DNA of 58,894 nt. Origin: a virus (lineage: Duplodnaviria; Caudoviricetes). Position 1 is the stretch's first letter. Every line of letters begins with the position of its first letter. Positions 19,887 to 29,948 of this stretch are shown here, one piece after another. The notes beneath the pieces were generated by a model. The model was not told where the DNA came from and searched no databases. It saw nothing but the letters and a program-made list of their open reading frames with translations. The DNA lies in the IMG/VR virus record IMGVR_UViG_3300044799_000109, positions 1 to 58,894 of that record; one strand, given 5' to 3'. The translations under genes and the position numbers were made by a program.

Positions 19887-20512
19887 TGGAAAGGGGTGCC
19901 GTCGTGGTGGCCTACGGGGACAGGGCAAGGCGCGAGGCCGAGGGCTGCCTTCGCTCGCTCGGGAAGAGCAACCCCGGACTGGCGCTGGCCGTCGTCTCCG
20001 ACCGCCCGCTCAAGGGTCACATGCTGATCCAGGCTCCTGACCTCGACGTCGGCGCGCGGCTGGCGAAGCTGAGCCTCGCCACGCTCTCGCCATTCGAGGC
20101 GACCTGCTACCTGGACGCCGATACCAGGGTGCACGGCAGCCTGGAGGCGGGGTTCGCTATCCTGGAGGATGGCTGGGATCTGGTTATCACGCCAAGCAAG
20201 AATCAGGGCAACGACCTGCTGGGCAACTGTCAACTAGAGGATCGAGAGGCGACCTACAGGGCGCTGCACTGTCATTATCCCCTCGGGCTCCAGGCGGGCG
20301 TGATGTGGTTTCGGCGGTGCGACGCCACGGCTCGCCTGTTCGCCCTCTGGCGTGAGGAGTGGCTCAAGTTCCGATCTCAGGACCAGGGGGCGCTGTTACG
20401 GGCGCTCGCGCGTGCGCCTGTGCGCGTGTGGCTGTTGGGGCGGACGTTCAACGGCGGCAAGGGTGACATCGTCGAACACAGGTTCGGCGCAGCGAGGAGG
20501 GCGGCAGCGTGA
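19886..20512 (+). CDS. GT-A fold glycosyltransferase
   Basis: YLDADT DxD motif, QAGVMWF, QDQGALLRAL. Confidence 0.8.
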   Translation: MERGAVVVAYGDRARREAEGCLRSLGKSNPGLALAVVSDRPLKGHMLIQAPDLDVGARLAKLSLATLSPFEATCYLDADTRVHGSLEAGFAILEDGWDLVITPSKNQGNDLLGNCQLEDREATYRALHCHYPLGLQAGVMWFRRCDATARLFALWREEWLKFRSQDQGALLRALARAPVRVWLLGRTFNGGKGDIVEHRFGAARRAAA

Positions 20513-21132
20513 ATCCACAGTGGCGCTCCCTGCTTGGCACGCCGTTCGAGGTGCGTGACTACCCTGATCGCGCTGCCTACCTCCGCCATCAGGCGTCCGA
20601 GGCCGACTGGGAGCGGGACGCCGCAACTCTTGCCGAGCGGGGAGCCATCTACCAGGCGGAACTGAAAGACGAACTCGCCGGCCTGATCCCGCCTCGCAGC
20701 TCTGTGCTCTGCCTGGGCGCTCGAGAGGGAGCTGAGGTCCGGGCCTTTCTGGAGCACGGATGTTTCGCGATCGGGATAGACCTGGCGCCGCCGCCGGGGA
20801 GCGATCTGGTGCTCACGGGCGACTTCCACGCCCTGGCTTGGCCTGGCGCGACCGTCGACGTCATCTTCACCAACGCCTTCGACCACACCATCGATCCGGA
20901 GCGGTTGCTGCACGAGATCTGCCGACTGCTCAAGCCGCGAGGGCGCTTCATCGCGCACGTCGTCGCCGGCACCGACGAGGGTTTCGAGTTCGGGCAAATG
21001 GAGTGCCTGCGCTGGCGACGAGTGCGGGACGTCGTAGCCTACGTCGCGCGTTTCCCCCTCGAGTTGGACGGACGCCGACGGATGCCTAAGCCCTGGCCCG
21101 GCGAGTTCATTCGCTGGCGGAGGGCAGCGTGA
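20509..21132 (+). CDS. Class I SAM-dependent methyltransferase
   Basis: VLCLGAREG, GDFH, DVIFTNAFDH, RLLKPRG. Confidence 0.85.
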   Translation: MNPQWRSLLGTPFEVRDYPDRAAYLRHQASEADWERDAATLAERGAIYQAELKDELAGLIPPRSSVLCLGAREGAEVRAFLEHGCFAIGIDLAPPPGSDLVLTGDFHALAWPGATVDVIFTNAFDHTIDPERLLHEICRLLKPRGRFIAHVVAGTDEGFEFGQMECLRWRRVRDVVAYVARFPLELDGRRRMPKPWPGEFIRWRRAA

Positions 21133-21725
21133 ACCCACACATCGCCAAGCGAGCTCGCGACCTGACAGCCCTCGCCGCAAGAGTGAGCGGAGTCGAGGGT
21201 GCCTTCGTCGAGTGCGGCGTACAAAACGGATTCTCCGCGGCCATCATCGCCAAGGCCCTCGGATCACGCTATGGTTGCCGGCACGTCTGGCTGTTCGATA
21301 GCTTTGAGGGGTTGCCCAGGCCCTTTCCAGTGGACGGCGAGAGAGCGCTGATCTCATATTTGAAGAACGGGCCCCGGTGGTGTAAGGGTTCGGCGGACAC
21401 CGTGCATGAGACCTTCCAGCAACTTTGTTGGTCTGAGGATTGCCTGCACATCGTCCCTGGGTGGTTCCACGAGACGGTGGAGACTGTCGATCCAGGGCCA
21501 ATCGCCTTCCTCCACCTCGATGCGGACTTCTACGAGGCGACGCTGCTCTGCCTGCGGCACTTCTGGGACCAGGTGGTGCCCGGCGGGATCGTGAGGATCG
21601 ACGACTACTACTACTGGCCCGGCTGTAGGAAGGCGACGGACGAGTTCCTGGCGAGTCGGGGGCTGGACCCGGCGGCCCTCGCCCCGGCGGGACTGGACTA
21701 CTGGTACACGGTGAAGGCGGCATAG
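21129..21725 (+). CDS. TylF/MycF-family sugar O-methyltransferase
   Basis: FVECGV, LFDSFEGLP, GWFHET, LHLDADFYE, DDY. Confidence 0.9.
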   Translation: MNPHIAKRARDLTALAARVSGVEGAFVECGVQNGFSAAIIAKALGSRYGCRHVWLFDSFEGLPRPFPVDGERALISYLKNGPRWCKGSADTVHETFQQLCWSEDCLHIVPGWFHETVETVDPGPIAFLHLDADFYEATLLCLRHFWDQVVPGGIVRIDDYYYWPGCRKATDEFLASRGLDPAALAPAGLDYWYTVKAA

Positions 21726-21726
21726 G

Positions 21727-24399
21727 ATGACGCGCGTTCACATCGTCGCGGCGGGGACCGAGCCCACTCAGAACCGCATCATCACGCGCTTGGCGCGGCT
21801 GCTCGCCGATGGTGCTGGCTGGACTATCGCCGCTCGGGTCGATACAGGAGCACGAGTCAACGTGTTCCTGCCGTACCTCAACAGGTTGAACGCCAGATGT
21901 GAGACGCGCTGTGTTGCCTGGTTCACTCACCGCGACGAGAGCCTGCCTGAGAAGGTGAAGGTGTGGAACAGGGTGGCTGCGGGCGTCACCCTGCGCGCGA
22001 CCAGCGCCCGGATCTACCTCGATGAGCTCTCACAACATGGCCCGACCACACTGATCACACCGCCACTCGACCGCGAGAAGTTCCGGCCGGGAGAGCGGGT
22101 TCGACGGGGCCGGCCTGTCGTCGGCACATCTGGCTTCGTGTATCCCTGGGGGCGCAAGGGCGAGAAACTGCTCGGGCAACTGGCTGAAAACGGGTTCGGT
22201 GATCGACTGGACTGGCGGGCGGCTGGCGAGGGTTGGCCTGTCCCGACGCAGTTGTATCACTGGCACCGGCTCGAGGAGTTCTACCAGTCGCTCGATCTCT
22301 ACGTCTGCACCAGCCTGATCGAGGGCGTCGGGTATGGTCCGCTCGAGGCCCTGGCGTGTGGCATCCCCATCGTCGTGCCCTCGCGGGTCGGCGTGTTCGA
22401 CGACCTCCAGGAGCAGCCGGGTGTGAGACACTACCGGGCAGGCAATCTGATTGATCTGGAACGCGCCCTCGCCCTCTGCCTGGAGGACCGGGCGGACCCA
22501 GAGGGGTTACGCGATCTGACCGCCGGCTACACAACGGACGCATGGGTCGGCGGCTGGCAGCAGGCTATTGACGAGATGATGGGCAGGGAGGCTGCGCCAA
22601 CTGCCCTGGAGCGTCCGGCCATTTCGGCGGTGGTCGGGACGTCCTCGGTGCCCGACCCGGGCCCGTTTCCTTCCTGGCGGGCCCGGGCGGGCCAATTGGT
22701 CGTTACCAGACCACAGGCCCGCATTCACATCGTCCTGCCTGAGTTCGAGCACGCAACCGCGATTCTGCCCCGGAAAGCCAGGGCACTACAGGCGGCGACG
22801 GGCTGGTCACTCTCGCAGGAGCCAGACGAGCACGCCCTGGTCAACTACTTCCTGCCCTACATGGCGCACCAGCCTTGCGGGACGCTGACGGCCGCCTACT
22901 TCACCCACCGCGAGGACGCGATGGGCTGGCCTGAGAAAGCTGAACGCTGGGATTACGTTGCCAGCCGGCTCGAGTTGCGGCTCACCAGCTCGCAGCACAA
23001 CCTGCCATACCTGGACCAGTTTGGCCCGACCCGGATCGTCCGCCCTCCGCTGGATCGGCAGAAGTTCTGTCTGCCGAAGATGAGGGCGAGCCACGCCCGA
23101 CCAGTGGTCGGTACCAGCGGGTTCGTCAGTCCCTGGGGGCGCAAGGGCGACGCTCTGTTGGGGCAACTCGTGGAGACGCCAACGGGCGAGACCTGCGAGT
23201 GGCGTGCATCGGGCATCGGTTGGCCGATGCCGACGGTAGATTACCCGTGGCACGAGATGGAGAAGTTCTATCAGGGACTCGACCTCTACGTCGCCACGTC
23301 GCTGATCGAGGGCACGGGTTATGGGCCGCTCGAAGCCCTCGCCTGCGGGCTGCCGGTGGTCGTCCCGCACGGAGTAGGCGTGTGGGATGACCTGGGAGAT
23401 ATGCCGGGCATCACCCGCTACGAGAAGGGCGACCTGGTAAGTCTGGAGGCGGCCCTCGCCGCGGCGCTGGACACTCGGAGCGAGGCTGAGCAGTTGCGGG
23501 CGCTGACGGAGCCCTACTCAGTGGAAGCCTGGGCGGAGGGACACAAGATGGCGATGGACGAGTTGCTGGAGGGGATGCACGCGCCCGCCCAGGATGACCT
23601 CCCCGATTGGCGCGGCCACTCCGGCCTCTACGTCGTGGCCTTCGGGGAGAGCGCCCGCAAGGTTGCGAAGCGGTGCATCGGCTCATTCAAGAAGCAGATG
23701 CCCGGCGTGCCCGTGCTACTCTGCTCGGACCGCCCACTCGGGCCGGAGGATACTCTGGTCGTCGAGAAGGATTCGGACATCGGGGCGCGCTCGCCGAAGG
23801 TCAGGATCTATGATCTCACCCCGCCGGAGTGGCGCTACGTCCTCTACCTCGACGCCGATACAGACGTGCTACAGCCTCTCGCCTCGCTCTTCCAGTGGCT
23901 GCAGGACGGTTGGGAACTGTGTATCTGCTCGAACCCCGGCCGCTTCGCCGTGGCCCAGCAGATGGGGCGGGCTGACAACACCGGGGAGTGCGAGCAGACG
24001 TTCGCACTCTGGGGCACCGACCAGATGCTGCAACTCGGCGGCGGTGTCTTCGCGTTCCGGCGCACGCCCGCCACTGAGCGACTCTTCCACGACTGGGCAA
24101 CCGAGTGGGACAGGTACGGCAAGCGCGACCAGGGAGCGCTGCTCAGGGCCATCTGGCACCAGCCGGTCAAGATGCTGCTGCTCTTGCCGAGGACGTGGAA
24201 CTGCGTCTGCCAGGCCGACGAGAAGAGGCCGGGCCAGTGGAAGTATCCCTACGACGACCCGTCGGGCGCGGCCATCATGCACTACCCGATGACGGCACGC
24301 AGGTGGAGCGGCATCATCCCGCAACGGTCGGACAGCCCAGAGGCATGGGTCAAGGTGCGCGAGTGGGAGCGGGCGCACGGACAGGGGGTGCGAGCGTGA
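21727..24399 (+). CDS. Three-module glycosyltransferase (two GT-B/GT4-like repeats plus a GT-A domain)
   Basis: Two copies of FYQxLDLYVxTSLIEGxGYGPLEALACG; C-terminal YLDADT and RDQGALLRA. Confidence 0.88.
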   Translation: MTRVHIVAAGTEPTQNRIITRLARLLADGAGWTIAARVDTGARVNVFLPYLNRLNARCETRCVAWFTHRDESLPEKVKVWNRVAAGVTLRATSARIYLDELSQHGPTTLITPPLDREKFRPGERVRRGRPVVGTSGFVYPWGRKGEKLLGQLAENGFGDRLDWRAAGEGWPVPTQLYHWHRLEEFYQSLDLYVCTSLIEGVGYGPLEALACGIPIVVPSRVGVFDDLQEQPGVRHYRAGNLIDLERALALCLEDRADPEGLRDLTAGYTTDAWVGGWQQAIDEMMGREAAPTALERPAISAVVGTSSVPDPGPFPSWRARAGQLVVTRPQARIHIVLPEFEHATAILPRKARALQAATGWSLSQEPDEHALVNYFLPYMAHQPCGTLTAAYFTHREDAMGWPEKAERWDYVASRLELRLTSSQHNLPYLDQFGPTRIVRPPLDRQKFCLPKMRASHARPVVGTSGFVSPWGRKGDALLGQLVETPTGETCEWRASGIGWPMPTVDYPWHEMEKFYQGLDLYVATSLIEGTGYGPLEALACGLPVVVPHGVGVWDDLGDMPGITRYEKGDLVSLEAALAAALDTRSEAEQLRALTEPYSVEAWAEGHKMAMDELLEGMHAPAQDDLPDWRGHSGLYVVAFGESARKVAKRCIGSFKKQMPGVPVLLCSDRPLGPEDTLVVEKDSDIGARSPKVRIYDLTPPEWRYVLYLDADTDVLQPLASLFQWLQDGWELCICSNPGRFAVAQQMGRADNTGECEQTFALWGTDQMLQLGGGVFAFRRTPATERLFHDWATEWDRYGKRDQGALLRAIWHQPVKMLLLLPRTWNCVCQADEKRPGQWKYPYDDPSGAAIMHYPMTARRWSGIIPQRSDSPEAWVKVREWERAHGQGVRA

Positions 24400-24582
24400 G
24401 GCAGATCTGGTGTCCTGGTTGTGGCTCGTTCGAGTCGCTGATTGAGGAGCCGATGCACAAGGATGACCTGAACCCTTACCCGTGGGGCGACCTGCTTTGT
24501 GCAACCTGTCGGCTCGTCATCGCCTCGGTCCGCGAGATTCCCGATGTCCGCAGTGAGCGGAAGGCAGACGAGGTGAGCGCCA

Positions 24583-24792
24583 ATGCCTAGCAAGATCACG
24601 CTGACAGTTCGGGCGCGGCGCACGCTGGTGAGCAGGCTGATCTGGCCGCTGATCCAGTTCTATCTCTTGGTGATGGTTCGGTTGGGGCGACTCACACCCG
24701 ACCAGGCACTCAAGACCGGCAAGCAACGCCTGATTGCGGGTATGCGCGCCAGGGTGGGGCACGGGGACTGGCGGAAGGTTGAGTCGGACTGA
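24583..24792 (+). CDS. Small hypothetical protein
   Basis: GAGG RBS; coupled to the next gene. Confidence 0.5.
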   Translation: MPSKITLTVRARRTLVSRLIWPLIQFYLLVMVRLGRLTPDQALKTGKQRLIAGMRARVGHGDWRKVESD

Positions 24793-25265
24793 TGGCCAAG
24801 CTTCTTCTCAATCTGGGCGCGGGAAGGCGCATCCTCGGGCCTCCGGGCAAGGAGTGGTGCGTCGTCAACCACGACCTGTTCGCTCATAACGAGATGATCA
24901 ACTGCCTCTGGGACTTGGACATGCTGCCCTGGCCCTGGGGGGATGACTCTATCGACTCGATCTGCTCGTGGTCGGTCTTCGAGCACCTCAAGATCACGCC
25001 CCTACAGGCGTTCAACGAGTGCTGGCGGATTCTGAAACCGGGCGGCAGGCTGGAAGTCAAGATGCCGCTCTGGGACTCCGACGAGGGACACAACGACCTG
25101 ACGCACCGCTGGTGGATCGGCCACCACGGCTGGAACGGCCTGGATCCCGACACGGAGCGAGGGCGCGACTACGCCTTCTACGGCACGAAACCCTGGCGGA
25201 TCATCTCGCAGAACGAAGTGCCCGGCGGGTCGAGTCTCTACGGCAAGTTGGAGCCGCAGAAGTGA
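24792..25265 (+). CDS. SAM-dependent methyltransferase (type 11-like)
   Basis: LNLGAG, LPWPW, SVFEHL, WRILKPGG. Confidence 0.85.
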   Translation: MAKLLLNLGAGRRILGPPGKEWCVVNHDLFAHNEMINCLWDLDMLPWPWGDDSIDSICSWSVFEHLKITPLQAFNECWRILKPGGRLEVKMPLWDSDEGHNDLTHRWWIGHHGWNGLDPDTERGRDYAFYGTKPWRIISQNEVPGGSSLYGKLEPQK

Positions 25266-25270
25266 GTGAG

Positions 25271-25888
25271 ATGCTGGCGATGGTGATGGCTGGCGGTAGC
25301 GGCACGCGCTGGGCGGGCATTCACCCGAAGTGCGTCGCGCCGATCCTGGGCGAGCCGGTCATCGCGAGGACACTCAGGCAACTCCACGAGCGAGACATTC
25401 CCGCCATCGTCGTCAGCCACAAGCCAGAAGTGCGGAGTCTTATCGACGGGACTGAGGTCTACGCCGACCGGCACCCATACATCATGGACTGCGCCTGGGC
25501 GCTCCGCGATCGCTGGCTCTGGCGCAACGTAGTTCTGTTCGGCGACGTCGCCTATACGGACGCCGCCCTCGACAAACTACTCAGAGCACCTGGACCGATG
25601 TGGTGGGTCGGTCGCCGGCCCGAGATGTTCGGGATGGCCTGGGAGGATCGGGCGGACACCCGACAGGCGATCTACGCCGTAGTCGAGGAGTCACCGCACT
25701 TCCCGGCGAAACTCAGAGGGCGAACTCTGAACGTCTACAGGCACTGGGTCTACCAGGGACTACGCGAGCCGTCTTGGACTCTGGTGAGTGAGCGGTTCAC
25801 TCGGATTGCGGATGAGACGAGCGACATGGACACAGTCGAGGTCTGGCGGGGCGTCTCTCGCGCCTTCGAGCGGCGAGGGCGAGGATGA
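25271..25888 (+). CDS. Nucleotidyltransferase (NTP-transferase / MobA-like)
   Basis: MAGGSGTRW, PK, LFGD. Confidence 0.8.
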   Translation: MLAMVMAGGSGTRWAGIHPKCVAPILGEPVIARTLRQLHERDIPAIVVSHKPEVRSLIDGTEVYADRHPYIMDCAWALRDRWLWRNVVLFGDVAYTDAALDKLLRAPGPMWWVGRRPEMFGMAWEDRADTRQAIYAVVEESPHFPAKLRGRTLNVYRHWVYQGLREPSWTLVSERFTRIADETSDMDTVEVWRGVSRAFERRGRG

Positions 25889-26361
25889 CGAAACTTCTGG
25901 TCAACCTGGGCGCCGGCAACAAGCTGGTGCAGCCACCCGGCCCCGGCTGGGTCGCGATCCAGCACGACCGCTTCCAGCATCGGCCCGAGATCAATGCGGT
26001 CTGGGACTTGAACGTCCTGCCGTGGCCGTGGCCGCAGGGCAGCGTTAGCGCACTCATCGCGCACTCTGTCTTCGAGCATCTGGAACTGCCGCTGATCGAG
26101 GCGATGAATGAGTCCTGGCGGATCCTCAAGCCGTTCGGTCGACTCGACGTAAAACTGCCTCTTTGGAACCGGGCCAGGAGCTATGACGACCCGACGCATC
26201 AGTATGTGGTCGGGCCACACATCTTCGACAACTTCGATCCGACAACCGAGCGGGGGACAGCCTACGGGGTGCTGTACGGCATCCTGCCCTGGCGCATCGT
26301 CGAGGTGTCATCAGAGGCCGGACCAGCCTGCCTGCGCGGCATCTTGGAGGCGCTGAAGTGA
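25885..26361 (+). CDS. SAM-dependent methyltransferase, paralog of 24792-25265
   Basis: VNLGAG, LPWPW, SVFEHL, WRILKPFG, DPTH. Confidence 0.85.
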   Translation: MTKLLVNLGAGNKLVQPPGPGWVAIQHDRFQHRPEINAVWDLNVLPWPWPQGSVSALIAHSVFEHLELPLIEAMNESWRILKPFGRLDVKLPLWNRARSYDDPTHQYVVGPHIFDNFDPTTERGTAYGVLYGILPWRIVEVSSEAGPACLRGILEALK

Positions 26362-27239
26362 AGGCTCTCAAGGTTGCCCTCATCACGCGCCCTGGCAGCA
26401 TCCCCGGCGAGCGCAACGTCGGGGCCTGGGCGTATGCCGTGCCGGAGTTCACCTGGCGGCACTACGAGGTGCCGAAGGGCCATCACCTCAACCGGGTGCG
26501 GTTCACCGGCTTCGACCTGATCGTGTGGGAGGACGGGAAGTCGAGCATCACCTGGGAGGGCAAGGGGCCGCCCATCGCCTACGTTGTGGCCGACAGTACG
26601 TTGTCCGAGGAGCACTACCAGCAGCGCCTTCGGTTGGGCACTCAGGCCGACATCATCTTGGTGGACTGGGACCGGCTGGAGCGGTTCGAGCAGTTGGGCA
26701 AGCCGGTGCGGCGATTCTCTTACGCGGTAAATGATCGCCGCTTCAAGGACTGGGGAGAGGCGAAGACTATCGATGTCGCCTACCACCTTCATGAGAACAC
26801 GCCTGAGCGTAAGGAGCTAGGTGACTGGCTCGCCGGATTCTGCCAGGAACGTAGTTATGCCTTCGCCCGGGGAACGCGGCTCGGGGACGAGTACGCGAGG
26901 GCGTTCAGCCGAGCGAGGGTGACGGTGGACCTGCCCCGCAACCCGTTCAACCGCGACCACCGGCTCTTCGACGCGATGGGCTGCCGGACGTGGGTGCTGA
27001 CCCGCCCGGTGCCGGACGTGAGTGGAGAGCAGCGAGTCGTCGGCTACGACTATCAGGAGTGGGACAGTCTCGAAGTCCTGGCGACGAGGCTGGATAAGGT
27101 ACTGAGTCTCGACCCTGACTGGGAGAGGGGCTTACGCGACTCCTGGGATGCAGCTCTGGAGTGCGTTCAGACTTACCATACCTGGAAAGTGCGTGCCCGC
27201 GAGTTGCGGGCGACGCTGGCGGAGTTGGGCATTGGCTGA
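26358..27239 (+). CDS. GT-B glycosyltransferase (CgeB-like)
   Basis: RLFDAMGC and HTWKVRAREL C-terminal motifs. Confidence 0.75.
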   Translation: MKALKVALITRPGSIPGERNVGAWAYAVPEFTWRHYEVPKGHHLNRVRFTGFDLIVWEDGKSSITWEGKGPPIAYVVADSTLSEEHYQQRLRLGTQADIILVDWDRLERFEQLGKPVRRFSYAVNDRRFKDWGEAKTIDVAYHLHENTPERKELGDWLAGFCQERSYAFARGTRLGDEYARAFSRARVTVDLPRNPFNRDHRLFDAMGCRTWVLTRPVPDVSGEQRVVGYDYQEWDSLEVLATRLDKVLSLDPDWERGLRDSWDAALECVQTYHTWKVRARELRATLAELGIG

Positions 27240-28224
27240 GCGACTGATCGACCCCGCGAACAAGATACTGCGCTTCCCGGATGTGCTAGCGGCCATTCGG
27301 CGAGGTAAGCGCGTTTGGCCGCTCAACGTCGAGATGGACCTGACGAATCGCTGCAACGCCCGATGCCAGCACTGTGCCTTCGCCTACATGCGCGGCCAGG
27401 AAGTCCTGCCGACTACGCTCGCCGAGGACGTGCTGACTGAGATGAGGAACGGCGGCCTCCGGGCGGTCACGTTCACCGGGGGCGGCGAGCCAACCCTGCA
27501 TCCCGATTTCGCTAGACTGGCCTTCCACGCCGCCGGGCTGGGCCTCAAGGTCGGGGTGTACACGAACGGCCTCCGACCCGACCCGCTGACCGAGACCCTG
27601 TATGCCCTCACCTGGGTCTACCTGAGCCTGGATGCAGCCGACCCTGACTCTTACCGCGAGGTCAAGCGGGTGGACAGCTTCTGGCAGGTGCTGGACACCG
27701 CCCGCTGGCTACTCACCTATCGCGAAGGTGACACGCCCAAGGTCGGCCTGGGCTTCCTGCTCAGCGGCACGAACTGGCGAGAGGCGACGGTGGGCGCCGA
27801 TCTGGCAGGCAGCCTCGGTGTGGACTACTGCCAGTTCCGACCGATCGTCTCCGCTGACCCGGCGGCTGACTACTCGTGGATCCGGGAGGCGCTGCCGCTA
27901 CTCGACGCGCTGGTGAGTCCGCGAGTCTACGTCAGTCGAGCCAGATTCGTGGAACTGCTGGAGGGCCAGGCGCGGGGCTACTCCCTCTGCCGGGCATCGG
28001 AGTTGGTGCCCTGCGTCGGGGCAGATGGCACGCTCTGGGTCTGCCCGAACATGAGAGGCAAGCGGAGTCTTGGCAGCCTCGCCGAGGAGTCCTTCGCCAC
28101 CCTCTGGGCCAGGCGCGAGGCGCAGATGGTCGGGCGGGACTGCCGGGTGGCCTGTCGGGATCACGCGCTGAATGAGACTCTCGAGTACGTCTGTCAGGAG
28201 GGGCCACACGATGCTTTCGTCTGA
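27232..28224 (+). CDS. Radical SAM protein with SPASM-like domain
   Basis: CNARCQHC, FTGGGEPTLHP, C-terminal Cys cluster. Confidence 0.93.
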   Translation: MAERLIDPANKILRFPDVLAAIRRGKRVWPLNVEMDLTNRCNARCQHCAFAYMRGQEVLPTTLAEDVLTEMRNGGLRAVTFTGGGEPTLHPDFARLAFHAAGLGLKVGVYTNGLRPDPLTETLYALTWVYLSLDAADPDSYREVKRVDSFWQVLDTARWLLTYREGDTPKVGLGFLLSGTNWREATVGADLAGSLGVDYCQFRPIVSADPAADYSWIREALPLLDALVSPRVYVSRARFVELLEGQARGYSLCRASELVPCVGADGTLWVCPNMRGKRSLGSLAEESFATLWARREAQMVGRDCRVACRDHALNETLEYVCQEGPHDAFV

Positions 28225-28416
28225 GCACTGTCGGGACTGTAAATGGTGGGTCGGCAACGCCGAACCCATTGACCCGGATGATCGCAACCGCCGGCACGTC
28301 TGCGTCAGGTTTAGGTGGCGCTATGGGAGACCACTGATCGCTGGCGCCCGTGCACATGTAAGTGGTGCCATCGGGACGGAACCTGACTTCGGCTGCGTCC
28401 AGTGGGAGGCCAAGGG

Positions 28417-29283
28417 ATGACTGAGCCACGCCCGCACCCTGAGGTGGTGAACGGCCAGCCCTCTGTGCTGATCGTGGGGTACGGCCACGTCGGGCGGCTG
28501 GTGGGCCGCTACTTCACGCAGGGCGACTACGTCGAGGCGGACAGGCGGCGGATGCGTGTGGGGGATGATTGCCTGTCAGAAGTCTCTATCTCGCACCACT
28601 GGCACGTTGACCACTATATGGCGGATGGTCAGGAGTATGATCTCGGCTTCATCTGCGTGCCGACGCCGGAGGGGGAGGATGGGCGCTGCGACACCAGCAT
28701 CGTCCGCGAGGCCTTCGCTACCTGGGGCGGCGCTGCCCGCTACTGGTGCGTCCGTTCCACCGTCGAGCCCGGCACAACCGAGAGCCTGGGGCCAAACGTC
28801 TGCTTCAGTCCTGAGTTTTACGGTGAAACTATCGGCCATCCTTTCGCCAGCAACCAAGCCGAGATCTTCGCCGTGATCGGCGGCCCGCCAGAGGTCAGGC
28901 GAGCGTTCGTGGAAGCCTGGTCGCTCGTGACCAACAGCTACAGCAAGTTCTACCAGACGGACGCCAGGACGGCCGAGTTGACGAAGTTGATGGAGAACTG
29001 CTGGATAGCGACCAAGGTGTCCTTCGTCAACGAGTTCTACTCGCTGGCCGAGGCTGCCGGCGTGGACTGGCACGAACTCCGAGAGCTCTGGCTGGCCGAC
29101 ACCCGGGTCAGTCGCAGCCATACCTACGTCTACCCACGCAACCGCGGCTGGGCTGGCAAGTGCATCCCGAAGGACACGGCGAGCCTCGCGGCGTGGGCCA
29201 GGAGCATCGGCGAGCCGGCCTACCTGATCGAGGCGGTCCGCGAGGTCAACGCCCGGCTCAGAGGGCAGGGGGGCAAGGTCTGA
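28417..29283 (+). CDS. UDP-glucose/GDP-mannose dehydrogenase-family protein (short form)
   Basis: GYGHVG, ICVPTP, RSTVEPGTT, PEF, AELTKLMEN, GKCIPKD. Confidence 0.88.
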   Translation: MTEPRPHPEVVNGQPSVLIVGYGHVGRLVGRYFTQGDYVEADRRRMRVGDDCLSEVSISHHWHVDHYMADGQEYDLGFICVPTPEGEDGRCDTSIVREAFATWGGAARYWCVRSTVEPGTTESLGPNVCFSPEFYGETIGHPFASNQAEIFAVIGGPPEVRRAFVEAWSLVTNSYSKFYQTDARTAELTKLMENCWIATKVSFVNEFYSLAEAAGVDWHELRELWLADTRVSRSHTYVYPRNRGWAGKCIPKDTASLAAWARSIGEPAYLIEAVREVNARLRGQGGKV

Positions 29284-29948
29284 TGCTGGCAGTCGAGTGC
29301 GGGCTGACGCTCCGGGGCCTGCCCGGCGAATATATCGTTGCCTGGGTGGCGGCTCACTGCCCCTCAGTCTACATCGCGCTGGACGTTGCCCGTGAGCGAG
29401 TGCCGTCCAGCAGCCGCGAGGTCTATCAGCATGAGGCTGCGGTGCTCTACTACTTGACCTTCCGGCACGTCGGGCCGAGAGGCACGGGCAAGGAGATGTT
29501 GGAGATCGGGACCGCCCTCGGGTACAGCACGGTTCTGCTGGCGATCGGTGCCCCGAAGGCGCATCTCGTCACGCTCAACCCGAAGGGCAAGGAATACCCG
29601 TGGGCGAAGCGCAACCTCGCGGGCTTCCCGAATGTCGAGTTGCGGCTGGCATCGTCGGCTGAGTTCCTGGCGAAGTATGAAGGGCCGATGCTCGACCTGA
29701 TCTTCGTGGACGGCTCCCACTTGCTAGAGGACGTGCGAGTGGACTGTGGCTGGTGGCGCTGGCTCAGGCCAGGCGGGTTGATGTTGTTCCACGACTGGAG
29801 CCCGGAGAGCAGCGCCCGACCGACACCGGGGACGTACCGGGCGATCAACGAGATGGCCGAGCAGTTGGGCCGGCCCTTCGACGTGTGCGTGGTAGATGAC
29901 CAGCGGGTCGGGCTGGTCGGCTGGGTAAAGGAGGCAAGCGATGGCTGA
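29283..29948 (+). CDS. Class I SAM-dependent methyltransferase
   Basis: LEIGTALGYS, DLIFVDGSH, LRPGGLMLFHD. Confidence 0.88.
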   Translation: MLAVECGLTLRGLPGEYIVAWVAAHCPSVYIALDVARERVPSSSREVYQHEAAVLYYLTFRHVGPRGTGKEMLEIGTALGYSTVLLAIGAPKAHLVTLNPKGKEYPWAKRNLAGFPNVELRLASSAEFLAKYEGPMLDLIFVDGSHLLEDVRVDCGWWRWLRPGGLMLFHDWSPESSARPTPGTYRAINEMAEQLGRPFDVCVVDDQRVGLVGWVKEASDG

